A program made the translations under genes and the position numbers. Shown here one piece after another: positions 19,917-29,388 of a stretch of DNA of 64,000 nucleotides. Within the stretch, counting starts at the first letter, position 1; every line of letters starts with the position of its first letter. The stretch is taken from IMG/VR virus record IMGVR_UViG_3300028048_001599; one strand, 5' to 3'. The stretch is from a virus. Taxonomy: Duplodnaviria; Heunggongvirae; Uroviricota; Caudoviricetes. The notes under the pieces are model-generated. The model had not been told where the DNA came from and made no database searches. It saw nothing but the letters and a program-made list of their open reading frames with translations.

Positions 19917-20909
19917 ATGTTTACAGCAAAAGAAATGTTCGGGGTAACTGTTAAGGGTGCCCTCGAAAAGCGTGTTCAGACAATTGACTTTAATGGTGCA
20001 GACGCTGACGGTGTTGTTGAGAAAACAAACGCTGTTATAGGTGAAAGTAGACTTATGGCAGATGTTCCGGATTACCTTTCTGTAATCACACTTCATTATG
20101 ATACAGATGGTACTTCTGTTGATTCTGTTAAGCTTACTCTCAAAACTCGTGTAAGAGATGCAATTAATGACGACAATCTTAAGATTTCTACAATTATTCC
20201 TTATAATGATAGTTATAAGGAGACACTTGTTAACTTTGTCGCAAGATGGGTTGACGGTTACTTTGTAGCATTTAAGGCTCAGTCTAATGCTGAAGCACTT
20301 AATGAAGTTATTGCTCCGCTTTGTGGAGAAATTAAGGTATCTTTCGCATACAGTGACCTTGTAATTGTTTCTATGACAAACGATTCTGTAGTTCTCGGTC
20401 TTTCCGCTGAGGCACTTGCATACGCTACTGAACTTGATATTTTTAGTTCTATTGCATATGTAAGTTCTAAGGCACGTGAGGTTCTTGGTGCTTCACTTCA
20501 GACTCTCACAACTCCGTATGAGGTACTTACAACAAAGAATCGTATTCTTAAACAGCTTGGTGTATATACAAGAGTTGGGGTATCAAAACTCCTTAAGAAA
20601 ACATATAAGAAGAATATCAGCACAGCTGCAGCAGCACTTGAAGCACTCAATGCTAAGAGGGCTAAGGAGTTCCCGAATACCGACCCGATTGTTGAGTCAC
20701 CTGTTAGTAGATTTGAGTACACAGATGAAGCAGGTTCATTCTTTGGTCTTGTTAAGTGTGTCAAGTCTGAGGCAGTAAAGGAAGGTACACCTGTTGCACT
20801 TGACAAGGATGGTTACTCATATATAATTATTCTGTCACCGTTCGATAAGAAGATGCAGGTTCTTTCTGATGAGGACACAGCAGTTCTTCTTGAGTCACAG
20901 ATTGCATAA
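19917..20909 (+). CDS. Hypothetical protein with biased (highly expressed-like) codon usage
   Basis: 330 aa, RBS AAGGTGG, terminator downstream. Confidence 0.8.
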   Translation: MFTAKEMFGVTVKGALEKRVQTIDFNGADADGVVEKTNAVIGESRLMADVPDYLSVITLHYDTDGTSVDSVKLTLKTRVRDAINDDNLKISTIIPYNDSYKETLVNFVARWVDGYFVAFKAQSNAEALNEVIAPLCGEIKVSFAYSDLVIVSMTNDSVVLGLSAEALAYATELDIFSSIAYVSSKAREVLGASLQTLTTPYEVLTTKNRILKQLGVYTRVGVSKLLKKTYKKNISTAAAALEALNAKRAKEFPNTDPIVESPVSRFEYTDEAGSFFGLVKCVKSEAVKEGTPVALDKDGYSYIIILSPFDKKMQVLSDEDTAVLLESQIA

Positions 20910-20937
20910 AAATAAAATTCCTCATAAGTGGGGTATC

Positions 20938-20963
20938 AAGCACCACCTTTATTGGTGGTGCTT
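20938..20963 (+). terminator. Rho-independent terminator
   Basis: AAGCACCACC-TTTATT-GGTGGTGCTT then TT. Confidence 0.8.
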
Positions 20964-20992
20964 TTATTAGGTATAAGGTGGTGTTATAAAAA

Positions 20993-22855
20993 ATGGCTAT
21001 TGATACTAATATTGATTTTGATTTTGTTGATACTGAATATTCAGAAAAATCAAGTGTTTCAAATAATTGTTCTTATTACACAGTAAGGAGTGATAGAACT
21101 CATTCAATAGAAATGTATAAATCCATGAGTAATATACTTGTATATAAAATACCATACGAAGTAATTAAAAATAAAACAATGGAATTAAAGATAGAGAATA
21201 GATTTATTGTTTACATTTTATATGGAGAGAACAACTCAGGTAAACCTGTAATATATGTAGGAAAATCCAAGAATGGGGTATCAAATAGACCACAATCTCA
21301 TGAAGATAAGTATAGTAATTGGTCAGTTTGTTACATTTTAACTTCTCAAGAATTACGTTCATTTTTTAATGATGGAACAATTCATTATATTGAGGATAAA
21401 GTAAAGATGAAAGTTACCGAAACAAATCGGTTTATAAATACAACAGAAAAAACAACAAAAGGAACAGCAAATCGTAGAGATATGTTTAATTGCGATGAAT
21501 ACTTAAGAGAAGTATATGATATGTTATATATTTTAGGGCTTGATTTAATTACAGTCGATAGTCTATCTGATACAAATGTATCATTTAAAAAAGATTCTTT
21601 GTATGATGAGATTTTAACTAGTATTATGAACTATAATCAGGACTTTGTATCTATGAAGAAGCAAAAAGATAATATATCATATCATCTAATTTACTTTAAT
21701 AAGAAAATTGTTTGTAAATTAGTTCAATACGATATTGATATTAGGGTTTATTTTACGATTGATAATAATGAATATTTTATTCCCATAAATGAAAATGTTA
21801 ATGTACTTGAAAATAAAACAAAGTTTAACATAGAATTAGTATTAAATAATGAAGTCGATGTTGATTCACTTTATCATTTAATAGATACAGTAGTGTTGAT
21901 AATTCAGGGTAAAACTGTAGATTTAGATTCATTATTACTATCGAAAAATAATAAACAATCGAGTGTTTCAGATTCTACAGTGGGATGTTTATCTGAATAT
22001 TTAGTTGAAGCTACTACTAACGATTCAATTGAAGCCAAATCAGGTAAATTGAAAACAATAGAACAAGGTTCAATTTTAAAAGTACCTGATAAAATAAAAA
22101 GTGTTTATAATATGGTTATAGCTTACTTGTATAATTTTCAACCTAATTTTGTATTTGTTGAGCGTTCTACTTTTGTAATTGTATACTACAAAGATTCAAA
22201 GTTATGTATAATAACTCCACGCTCGGATAAAATAAAGTTTAATTTTTACATACAAGAATCAGACATTGATGATAGATTCATGGATAGAATTAAGTTCATA
22301 TTATTTGATGGTCGAAATACTGCGGAAATAAACGTGAAATCCATGGTAGATTTACCACTACTTGATTATTGTTTACAAGTTACCGCAAGATTAGAGAACT
22401 TTATACAGCATAGTGGTATCGCTGATGGTAAACCGACATTTGTTTCCAATGTATTATTTGATAGGTCTGGGTCAAAATTTGAGTCGGTACCTGAGCACAA
22501 GCGTATGGCAATAAGAGATGGCGTAAAAGAACTTTATGATTTTGTTGTAACCTACATTATGGAATTATCAAGTAGTATAATGAAGGTCGAAAAACAAGTT
22601 TCAACCAATTTTTACTATGACAAAATAAGCGTATGTTGTATTATAGCACAGTCAACACGTTTAAAAATGTACTTTGATATAAAATATTCAGATGTTCCTG
22701 AATCATTACTTACTGATAGCATCAAAGACGTAGTTGGTATAGGTCATAACGGCACAGGTGATGTCATGCTAACCGTGGAAACGATGACAGATTTACCTGT
22801 GTTAAATGATTTATTAAAGATAAGTATAAGCAAGAATTGTGGGGTAGTACTTTAA
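20993..22855 (+). CDS. GIY-YIG nuclease domain fused to repeated DUF5655-like domains
   Basis: N-terminal VYILYG...IYVGKS...RPQSH...YIE. The C-terminal module ends IKDVVGIGHNGTGDV (DUF5655-like), with two more degenerate copies upstream. Confidence 0.6.
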   Translation: MAIDTNIDFDFVDTEYSEKSSVSNNCSYYTVRSDRTHSIEMYKSMSNILVYKIPYEVIKNKTMELKIENRFIVYILYGENNSGKPVIYVGKSKNGVSNRPQSHEDKYSNWSVCYILTSQELRSFFNDGTIHYIEDKVKMKVTETNRFINTTEKTTKGTANRRDMFNCDEYLREVYDMLYILGLDLITVDSLSDTNVSFKKDSLYDEILTSIMNYNQDFVSMKKQKDNISYHLIYFNKKIVCKLVQYDIDIRVYFTIDNNEYFIPINENVNVLENKTKFNIELVLNNEVDVDSLYHLIDTVVLIIQGKTVDLDSLLLSKNNKQSSVSDSTVGCLSEYLVEATTNDSIEAKSGKLKTIEQGSILKVPDKIKSVYNMVIAYLYNFQPNFVFVERSTFVIVYYKDSKLCIITPRSDKIKFNFYIQESDIDDRFMDRIKFILFDGRNTAEINVKSMVDLPLLDYCLQVTARLENFIQHSGIADGKPTFVSNVLFDRSGSKFESVPEHKRMAIRDGVKELYDFVVTYIMELSSSIMKVEKQVSTNFYYDKISVCCIIAQSTRLKMYFDIKYSDVPESLLTDSIKDVVGIGHNGTGDVMLTVETMTDLPVLNDLLKISISKNCGVVL

Positions 22856-22973
22856 TTATCATTTATGAAATATTATAAATTTGGTCACATTTAGTTTTCA
22901 ATTTACTTAATTTATTTTATTGGAATTATTATGTGAAAATGACTACATTTAAATTCTGTAAAGGATGGTCTTT

Positions 22974-23150
22974 ATGTACATCAGAGCAATTCAGGGGGAC
23001 GACTTCCGTTACCCTTGAAATACTCAGGTAGTTTTCGACACAGGTAATAAAGCCATTGTTTGTGGTGTTAGTTCAGCTGCAAGTTCTACCGAAAAAAGAG
23101 TTGGTAATGAATTGTATGCTGAACGTACAATAGTATTAATAACTGATTGA
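22974..23150 (+). pseudogene. Small ORF interrupted by an in-frame TGA
   Basis: AAAGGA RBS, ATG 22974, MYIRAIQGDDFRYP*NTQVVFDTGNKAIVCG...LITD*; TGA at 23016; hairpin at 23182-23209. Confidence 0.35.
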
Positions 23151-23181
23151 TAAATGATACTTGTTTATGTACTTAAAGATT

Positions 23182-23209
23182 ATATCCCGATATGAAAATA
23201 TCGGGATAT
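23182..23209 (+). terminator. Rho-independent terminator
   Basis: ATATCCCGATAT-GAAA-ATATCGGGATAT then TTTT. Confidence 0.75.
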
Positions 23210-23242
23210 TTTTATTTATAATAGAAGTTAGACAATTCAGAG

Positions 23243-26200
23243 GTGTTCAAAGACATGAGTAAATTAATTAAGGACTTTATGGAAAAGTGGTCTACACGTG
23301 GTAGTGAAAAATCAGAGTCACAATCGTATTGGATTGAGTTATTACAAACATTGGGGGTACAGAAACCCACTAACTTTATTCAATTTGAGAAGACTGTTAA
23401 GGATGGTAGGAACACAATTTATATTGATGGTTATATTCCAAAAACGAAGGTTCTAATTGAAATGAAGTCATCAACAATAAATCTTGACGATAAACTTGTA
23501 CAGTCTAATGGGGACAAACTCACTCCATTTGAACAAGCACAGAAGTATATTGTGCATCTTCCTCGTTCAGAGCATCCACGTTATGTTGTAACATGTAATT
23601 TTAAGGAAATTCGTGTATATGACATGGAGAATCCTAATAATGCACCAGTAAGTATATTTATCAACGAGTTGAATACACAGTCTTACCGTCTTTCATTTTT
23701 AATCAAAGAGGACAATGTACACCTTGAGCGTCAGGTCAAGGTATCAAAGGAGGCTGTTCAGCTTATTTCTAAATTATACGATGCATTTTCGAAGCAATAT
23801 AAGACGATTAACGAGGAGACATCAAGAAATCTCAATATTCTTTGTGTACGTATAGTATTTTGTTTATTTGCAGACGACAGTGGATTGTTTGAAAAGAACC
23901 AGTTCATCAACTTTATTCAAAATAGCAACGTAGGTCTTGCGCGTCAAAACCTTATAAACTTATTTAAGGTACTTGATACAGATGAAAAAGACCGTGACCC
24001 GTATGACACATCAGGTATAAATAGTTTTCCATACGTAAATGGTGGACTTTTCAAAGAAGTTATAACAATACCAACTATTACCGAGGACATGTTAGAAACC
24101 CTTGTCACAGTAGCTGAGTTTGACTGGTCACAGATTAGTCCTACGATATTCGGTTCTATTTTTGAGAGTACATTGTCTGCAAAGCGTAGACACGAAAATG
24201 GTATGCACTACACGTCGGTAGTCAACATTCATAAGGTAATTGACAATTTGTTCCTTGACGAGTTCTACGCTGAGTTTGACCGAATAAGGGGTATAGAGCG
24301 TAAGACACTTCGTAGTTTGGAGTTAAGGAAATTTCAGATGAAGCTTGCTACATACAAGTTTCTTGACCCTGCCTGTGGTTCAGGTAACTTCTTGACTGAA
24401 ACTTATACATGTATTCGTAGACTTGAAAATGAAATTATACGTGAAATCCGTAAGTGTGACACATCACTTTTTCCATCCACCGAGTCACCTATTAAGGTCA
24501 ACATTCATCAATTCTATGGTATCGAGATAGATGATTTTGCAGTATCCGTAGCAAGAACAGCACTATGGATAGCTGAGGCACAAATGTTTGAAGAAACAAA
24601 GGACATTGGTTTTGATATTGACTTTTTCCCACTGAAGTCAAACAATAACATTGTAGAAGGTAACGCACTGCGTATTGATTGGGCGGAAGTCGTAGGAGGG
24701 GTAGACACATTAAATTACATTATAGGTAACCCACCGTTCTTAGGTTCTAAGAAAATGTCAAAAGAGCAGCATAGTGAAGTTAATTCTATTTTTGATAAAA
24801 AAGAATGGAGCAGATCGGGAAATTTTGATTATGTACTTTGTTGGTTTAAGAAAGCTGTCGATATGATGTTAAAGAATAATAAGATAAAGGCGGCACTTGT
24901 AGCAACTAATTCAATATGTCAAGGTGAGCCAGTAGGGACTTTTTGGAAAAGGGCAATAGGTTTAGGTATTAATATCAATTTTGCATATACATCATTTTTG
25001 TGGGATAACGGGGCAGATTTGGAGGCGTCAGTTTTTGTTGTTATTGTAGGGTTTGATACTAATAATGAAAGTAACAAATATATAATAGACAGTAATGGTT
25101 TTGTTTCAGAAGCTAACAACATAAGTCCATATTTAATAGATGCTGACGATGCAATAGTTGAAACTACAAATGTTCCATTATGTAATGTACCTAAGATGTC
25201 GTTTGGTTGTATGGCTTATGACGATGGATATTTGTCAAAAATCAGTGTAGAAGATAAAAAGGATATATGTAATAAATATCCTGAGTCAGAGAAATATTTT
25301 AGACGTATATTAAGTGGTTTAGAATATTTGCATAATAAGGAAAGATGGTGTTTATGGTTAGAAGATGTGGAAATTGATGAATTAAAAGGTATACCTCCCA
25401 TATATGAGCGTGTGGAGAGTGTTAGAAGTTATAGATTAAGTAGTAAAAGCAAAGCAACATTTGAAGCAGCTCATACACCTACGTTATTTTTAATACGTAA
25501 GCAGCCAAGGAGTAATTATTTAGCTGTTCCTATGGTGTCATCTGAGAAAAGAAAATATATACCAGTAGAGTATATGACAAATGATGAAATTGTATTAAAT
25601 ACGATTTATTATATTGAGGATGCACCAAAATGGTTATTTAGTATAATGACAGCTGACTTACATACAATTTGGGTTCACTTGGTATGTGCAAGGATGAAAA
25701 AAGATATTCATTATTCAAGCACAATATGTTATAATGCATTTCCATTTATCACACCAACACCTGAAGAAGAAAACAAACTTACAGAACTTGCAAATAACAT
25801 ATTACAAGCTCGTGCAAATCATCCTAATAAATCACTTGCAGACTTGTACGACCCTGAAAATATGCCTGACGACTTGCGTAAAGCACATAAAGAAAATGAT
25901 ATCTACGTGCGTAGTCTGTATGGTTTTAAACCCGACGATACAAAGGAGCACATTCTTGCAGGACTTCTCACTTGTTATAAAGCACTGTCTACAGGTCAAA
26001 TTCCCGAAGGTTGGATAAATGTTAAGAAAACAAACTTTGTCAATAAGGAACTTGAGAAACCTGTGACACGTGCAATTAGTATAATAAGTAAGGCTAAATC
26101 TATTGTAGACCATAGAATATCTGAACTAAAACCTACAGATAATACATATGGTATGTTATCTTTTATATCGAATAAACTTAAAAACTTTTACAGTATTCTC

Positions 26201-26806
26201 ACAACTGTAGATTTCACTCCGAAAAATATGAGGAAAATAGTAACAGGGGTAGAAAAGATAGTATCACTTGCTGTTCCATCTAACTCAAAGTCACTTCAGG
26301 ATACTGCTAAGTCCTTTGAAGACATCTTGAATAATTATGAAGCCGACATTGATTATGATTACAGTACTCGTCTACTTAAACTTGTGTCTATGTTGGACTC
26401 ACTTGTTCAGATAGATACACCTGTATCGATGTCTGACTTGCGTTCAATATTAGGTATCGAATCGGAGGATGGTATAACAAATAAGTACTTCCTTAGTGAC
26501 GGGGTATCGGGTTTATTACTTGAAGATATTCAGACAGACCTTAACACTATAACACTTACCGTATCTGATGGTAGTCCTGTTCATGATTATTTATCACAGT
26601 TAATTCAAGGTAAAGCTCTTAATATGTCAACATCAACTATTTTATATGTAGCTCAGGACACCGGTTCTCTTGATTGCTTAGCTTCAAAATACGGGGTAAC
26701 AATAGTTATAACCGAAGAAAAAGGCAATAAAATCACAGCAACTATAGTAATAAATGGCAAAATCAGTGATGTATTGTTTTACTTAGACAATAATAAAGAA
26801 ATGTAA
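23243..26806 (+). CDS. MmeI-family type IIL/IIG restriction endonuclease-m6A methyltransferase with extra C-terminal extension
   Basis: N-terminal nuclease IDGYI...LIEMK, MTase motif I FLDPACGSGNFL, motif IV NPPF, GMHYTS, TRD and MmeI-type SLADLYDP...LRKAH, then about 260 extra residues. Likely ATG 23255. Confidence 0.9.
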   Translation: MFKDMSKLIKDFMEKWSTRGSEKSESQSYWIELLQTLGVQKPTNFIQFEKTVKDGRNTIYIDGYIPKTKVLIEMKSSTINLDDKLVQSNGDKLTPFEQAQKYIVHLPRSEHPRYVVTCNFKEIRVYDMENPNNAPVSIFINELNTQSYRLSFLIKEDNVHLERQVKVSKEAVQLISKLYDAFSKQYKTINEETSRNLNILCVRIVFCLFADDSGLFEKNQFINFIQNSNVGLARQNLINLFKVLDTDEKDRDPYDTSGINSFPYVNGGLFKEVITIPTITEDMLETLVTVAEFDWSQISPTIFGSIFESTLSAKRRHENGMHYTSVVNIHKVIDNLFLDEFYAEFDRIRGIERKTLRSLELRKFQMKLATYKFLDPACGSGNFLTETYTCIRRLENEIIREIRKCDTSLFPSTESPIKVNIHQFYGIEIDDFAVSVARTALWIAEAQMFEETKDIGFDIDFFPLKSNNNIVEGNALRIDWAEVVGGVDTLNYIIGNPPFLGSKKMSKEQHSEVNSIFDKKEWSRSGNFDYVLCWFKKAVDMMLKNNKIKAALVATNSICQGEPVGTFWKRAIGLGININFAYTSFLWDNGADLEASVFVVIVGFDTNNESNKYIIDSNGFVSEANNISPYLIDADDAIVETTNVPLCNVPKMSFGCMAYDDGYLSKISVEDKKDICNKYPESEKYFRRILSGLEYLHNKERWCLWLEDVEIDELKGIPPIYERVESVRSYRLSSKSKATFEAAHTPTLFLIRKQPRSNYLAVPMVSSEKRKYIPVEYMTNDEIVLNTIYYIEDAPKWLFSIMTADLHTIWVHLVCARMKKDIHYSSTICYNAFPFITPTPEEENKLTELANNILQARANHPNKSLADLYDPENMPDDLRKAHKENDIYVRSLYGFKPDDTKEHILAGLLTCYKALSTGQIPEGWINVKKTNFVNKELEKPVTRAISIISKAKSIVDHRISELKPTDNTYGMLSFISNKLKNFYSILTTVDFTPKNMRKIVTGVEKIVSLAVPSNSKSLQDTAKSFEDILNNYEADIDYDYSTRLLKLVSMLDSLVQIDTPVSMSDLRSILGIESEDGITNKYFLSDGVSGLLLEDIQTDLNTITLTVSDGSPVHDYLSQLIQGKALNMSTSTILYVAQDTGSLDCLASKYGVTIVITEEKGNKITATIVINGKISDVLFYLDNNKEM

Positions 26807-26815
26807 TATCAATAG

Positions 26816-26846
26816 AAGGTATATTTGACTTGTTCAGGTATACCTT
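26816..26846 (+). terminator. Terminator hairpin after the RM gene
   Basis: AAGGTATATTTGA-CTTGT-TCAGGTATACCTT then TTT. Confidence 0.7.
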
Positions 26847-26862
26847 TTTAAACTGATAAATC

Positions 26863-26910
26863 TCAAACACTCAAACACTCAAACATTCAAGCACTCAAAC
26901 ATTCAAGCAC
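26863..26910 (+). repeat. Six tandem 8-mers TCAA(A/G)CA(C/T)
   Basis: TCAAACAC TCAAACAC TCAAACAT TCAAGCAC TCAAACAT TCAAGCAC, intergenic. Confidence 0.9.
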
Positions 26911-27064
26911 TGTGCCAAATTCTCAGGTATGTTTATATAAGTGAAGAAAAAGAAATAAATGGGTATACTTGATAAATTCAGGTATACCTCTATTCATTTT
27001 TCAACATGAGTTATTTTGTCATCACTCACGTTCATAATTAACAATAATTTCAAGGAGTGATAAT

Positions 27065-27373
27065 ATGAATTACTTATCTCCAATAATAGGATTGAACAGA
27101 AATCAGATATCAGCACTAAATCCTAATGATTGGTGTATATTTCAAGATTTAAGTTTCAACGGTTACAGTTATCTTTATCTTATGGTTTGTGCTCCAACAC
27201 TTCAAGGTTTTAAATCGAGACGTGAAGCTTTGGCAGTACTTACAAAGTATGGCGTTCGTAACACACGTGAGAACTCACAGCAAGTAAGAGTTGGTGTATT
27301 TACAATAAGAGAAGTAGCGAACATGTTCATGAATAAGGCATACCAAGTAGTTGGGGTTGATTTGCAGATTTAG
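27065..27373 (+). CDS. Hypothetical protein
   Basis: 102 aa, RBS AAGGAG. Confidence 0.7.
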   Translation: MNYLSPIIGLNRNQISALNPNDWCIFQDLSFNGYSYLYLMVCAPTLQGFKSRREALAVLTKYGVRNTRENSQQVRVGVFTIREVANMFMNKAYQVVGVDLQI

Positions 27374-27486
27374 GATTCTGAAAATACTTGAAAGGTGTTT
27401 ACAGAATTTTCAATTTTAGGTTTTTACGTTGTCGAAACTAACAAAATTTTGTATGTCAATTTGTTGCTATTTTTATTATTTAACTG

Positions 27487-27515
27487 TTGATTTTTTCTAT
27501 TTTTTGTTGTATAAT
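27487..27515 (+). promoter_or_regulatory. Sigma-A-like promoter of the HTH-tnpB operon
   Basis: TTGATT-N17-TATAAT. Confidence 0.6.
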
Positions 27516-27547
27516 AGAATAAATTGAAAGAAAGTGGTGAGTGGTTT

Positions 27548-27817
27548 ATGAAAAAACCTACAAAATTGCAATACTATAGGAAATTTGTGAATGGGTTTAC
27601 AGTAAACGAATTATCAGCTATAACAGGTATAACAGTAAGTTCAATAAATAAGTACGAAACAGGGGTAATGGATTTGAATAATGCATCTATTACTATTGTT
27701 AAAAGACTTGCAAGAGCATTAAATTGTACAACAGATGATTTAACAGACTCACTTGATGACATAGACAAGGGGTTGAATAGTTATGATAAGAACAGTAACA
27801 ATAAGGTTAAGACCTGA
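27548..27817 (+). CDS. XRE/Cro-C1 helix-turn-helix regulator
   Basis: LQYYRK...FTVNELSAITGITVSSINKYETG...RLARALNCTTDDL. Overlaps the tnpB start. Confidence 0.85.
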   Translation: MKKPTKLQYYRKFVNGFTVNELSAITGITVSSINKYETGVMDLNNASITIVKRLARALNCTTDDLTDSLDDIDKGLNSYDKNSNNKVKT

Positions 27818-28898
27818 TAAACTACAAAGTAATAAAATGATGCGAATAGCTGGTTGTAGTAGGTTTTGTTATAATGAACTCCTTAAATATTGGGATTCAT
27901 ATTATACTGAAGTAGATTGTAGTCCATCTGTATATGAATTGCGCGATTATGTAACAATGTTAAAACAACAATACGTGTGGTTAAATGAGTTACCATATCA
28001 CACGATGAATGGAGTAATAAAGAACTTACAGACTGCATTTAGTAAATTCTTCAAAAATAAAATTGACCATCCTTCTATACATAAGAGGAATAGTAACCAT
28101 ATATCCTTTCCCATTAGGACAGATAGGATAAAATTTTGTGGTAATGTTATAGTAATTCCGAGCATAGGAAGAATGAGATTCAAGAACATATCTAAGTATG
28201 AATTAAATGGTATAAAAACCGCGTCACTTGTGTATGATGGTTTATGTTGGTACTTAAAAATAGCAACATGTGTATATACTAACACATGTTGTCAAAAACA
28301 AGGTAAGATAGGTATAGACTTGGGGTATCGAACACTTGCAAGTGCCTACGATGGAACTGATACTTACACCTATGAAAACATAATGAATGAAGATGAGACT
28401 GAGGGTTCTGACCATATACAAAAGTTAGAAAAAAGACTACAAGTCATAGATAAAATAATCTCAGATAAAAAGAAACTCAATAAAACATCAAATAACATAA
28501 ATAAGTTATATTATAAACGTGCGAAACTAAAAAGACGTATGGCAAATATACAAAGAACATATCAGCATATTATATCAAAGTATATTATAAGTAGACGACC
28601 TATGAAGATTATATTTGAAACATTAGATATATCAGAACAAAAAGCAAAGGATAATATACTACCCAATAGATATAAATTGACTGCATTGTACCAATTCTAC
28701 ACATTTATAATATACAAGGCTGAGGAATTAGGTATACAGATTATTCGTGTTGATAAATATTATCCATCAACAAAGCGATGTTGTAAATGTGGTGCAATAA
28801 ATGAAGTTGGTGTAAGTAAGGTATATACATGTAAAAATTGTAATCTGAAGATAGATAGGGATATAAATGCTTCAATAAACTTATATAATTATGTTTAA
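27783..28898 (+). CDS. tnpB: TnpB-family RNA-guided endonuclease (IS200/IS605/IS607 OrfB)
   Basis: HTH_OrfB N-terminus (IRLRP...GCSRFCYN), RuvC-I GIDLG, RuvC-II IIFETL, zinc ribbon CCKCG...CKNC, RuvC-III DRDINASINL. Confidence 0.9.
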   Translation: MIRTVTIRLRPDKLQSNKMMRIAGCSRFCYNELLKYWDSYYTEVDCSPSVYELRDYVTMLKQQYVWLNELPYHTMNGVIKNLQTAFSKFFKNKIDHPSIHKRNSNHISFPIRTDRIKFCGNVIVIPSIGRMRFKNISKYELNGIKTASLVYDGLCWYLKIATCVYTNTCCQKQGKIGIDLGYRTLASAYDGTDTYTYENIMNEDETEGSDHIQKLEKRLQVIDKIISDKKKLNKTSNNINKLYYKRAKLKRRMANIQRTYQHIISKYIISRRPMKIIFETLDISEQKAKDNILPNRYKLTALYQFYTFIIYKAEELGIQIIRVDKYYPSTKRCCKCGAINEVGVSKVYTCKNCNLKIDRDINASINLYNYV

Positions 28899-29015
28899 TG
28901 TCTAAATAACACAGATAATAGCAATAAACAGTCGTTTCCGTAACACGACTGTATAAATTAGCCTATAACATAGGTAGGTTGCTTTCACGCAACGGTAAAG
29001 TTGATTTTTCAATAT
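28899..29015 (+). ncRNA. Candidate cis omegaRNA of tnpB (three hairpins ending ...GCAACGG)
   Basis: ACAGTCGT/ACGACTGT (28928-28952), CCTAT/ATAGG (28962-28974) and GTTGC/GCAAC (28978-28993) directly downstream of tnpB. Confidence 0.45.
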
Positions 29016-29042
29016 TTTCAATTTTATTTTACGGTGATTTAG

Positions 29043-29384
29043 ATGGATATTAAGACTGAAGTTAGAAAAAATATCGTCATAACCAATAAGTTATCTACAC
29101 ACCTTATGAAATTGTACGGTAGAGAACTACCAAACGGTACTACGGAATATTACTACATAGATCGAAAATGGTACTATCACAAGTTAGTTATTGTATCATC
29201 AACAATCAAAGAAAATGGGGTAAATAGACACTACATCATGGATATAAAATGTAATAATGCAGTAGGTTTCGCCGAAATGTCAGGTGAAATATATTACGGT
29301 ATTGAAAGAATAGCAACATTAAGTAATTGTATTCAATACTTAAGAATGAATTACGGAAAACTAGTCAAAAAGGAAACAATATAA
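29043..29384 (+). CDS. Hypothetical protein
   Basis: 113 aa ORF in a co-oriented array. Confidence 0.65.
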   Translation: MDIKTEVRKNIVITNKLSTHLMKLYGRELPNGTTEYYYIDRKWYYHKLVIVSSTIKENGVNRHYIMDIKCNNAVGFAEMSGEIYYGIERIATLSNCIQYLRMNYGKLVKKETI

Positions 29385-29388
29385 AGGA

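Noticed and set aside
26863-26910. 8-mer array as a mini-CRISPR for TnpB
   Set aside because: Units are contiguous 8-mers without spacers.
28996-29015. Putative tnpB guide (TAAAGTTGATTTTTCAATAT) targeting its own promoter at 27481-27500
   Set aside because: Only a 10-nt low-complexity match (GTTGATTTTT), expected by chance in AT-rich DNA, and the guide boundary is uncertain.
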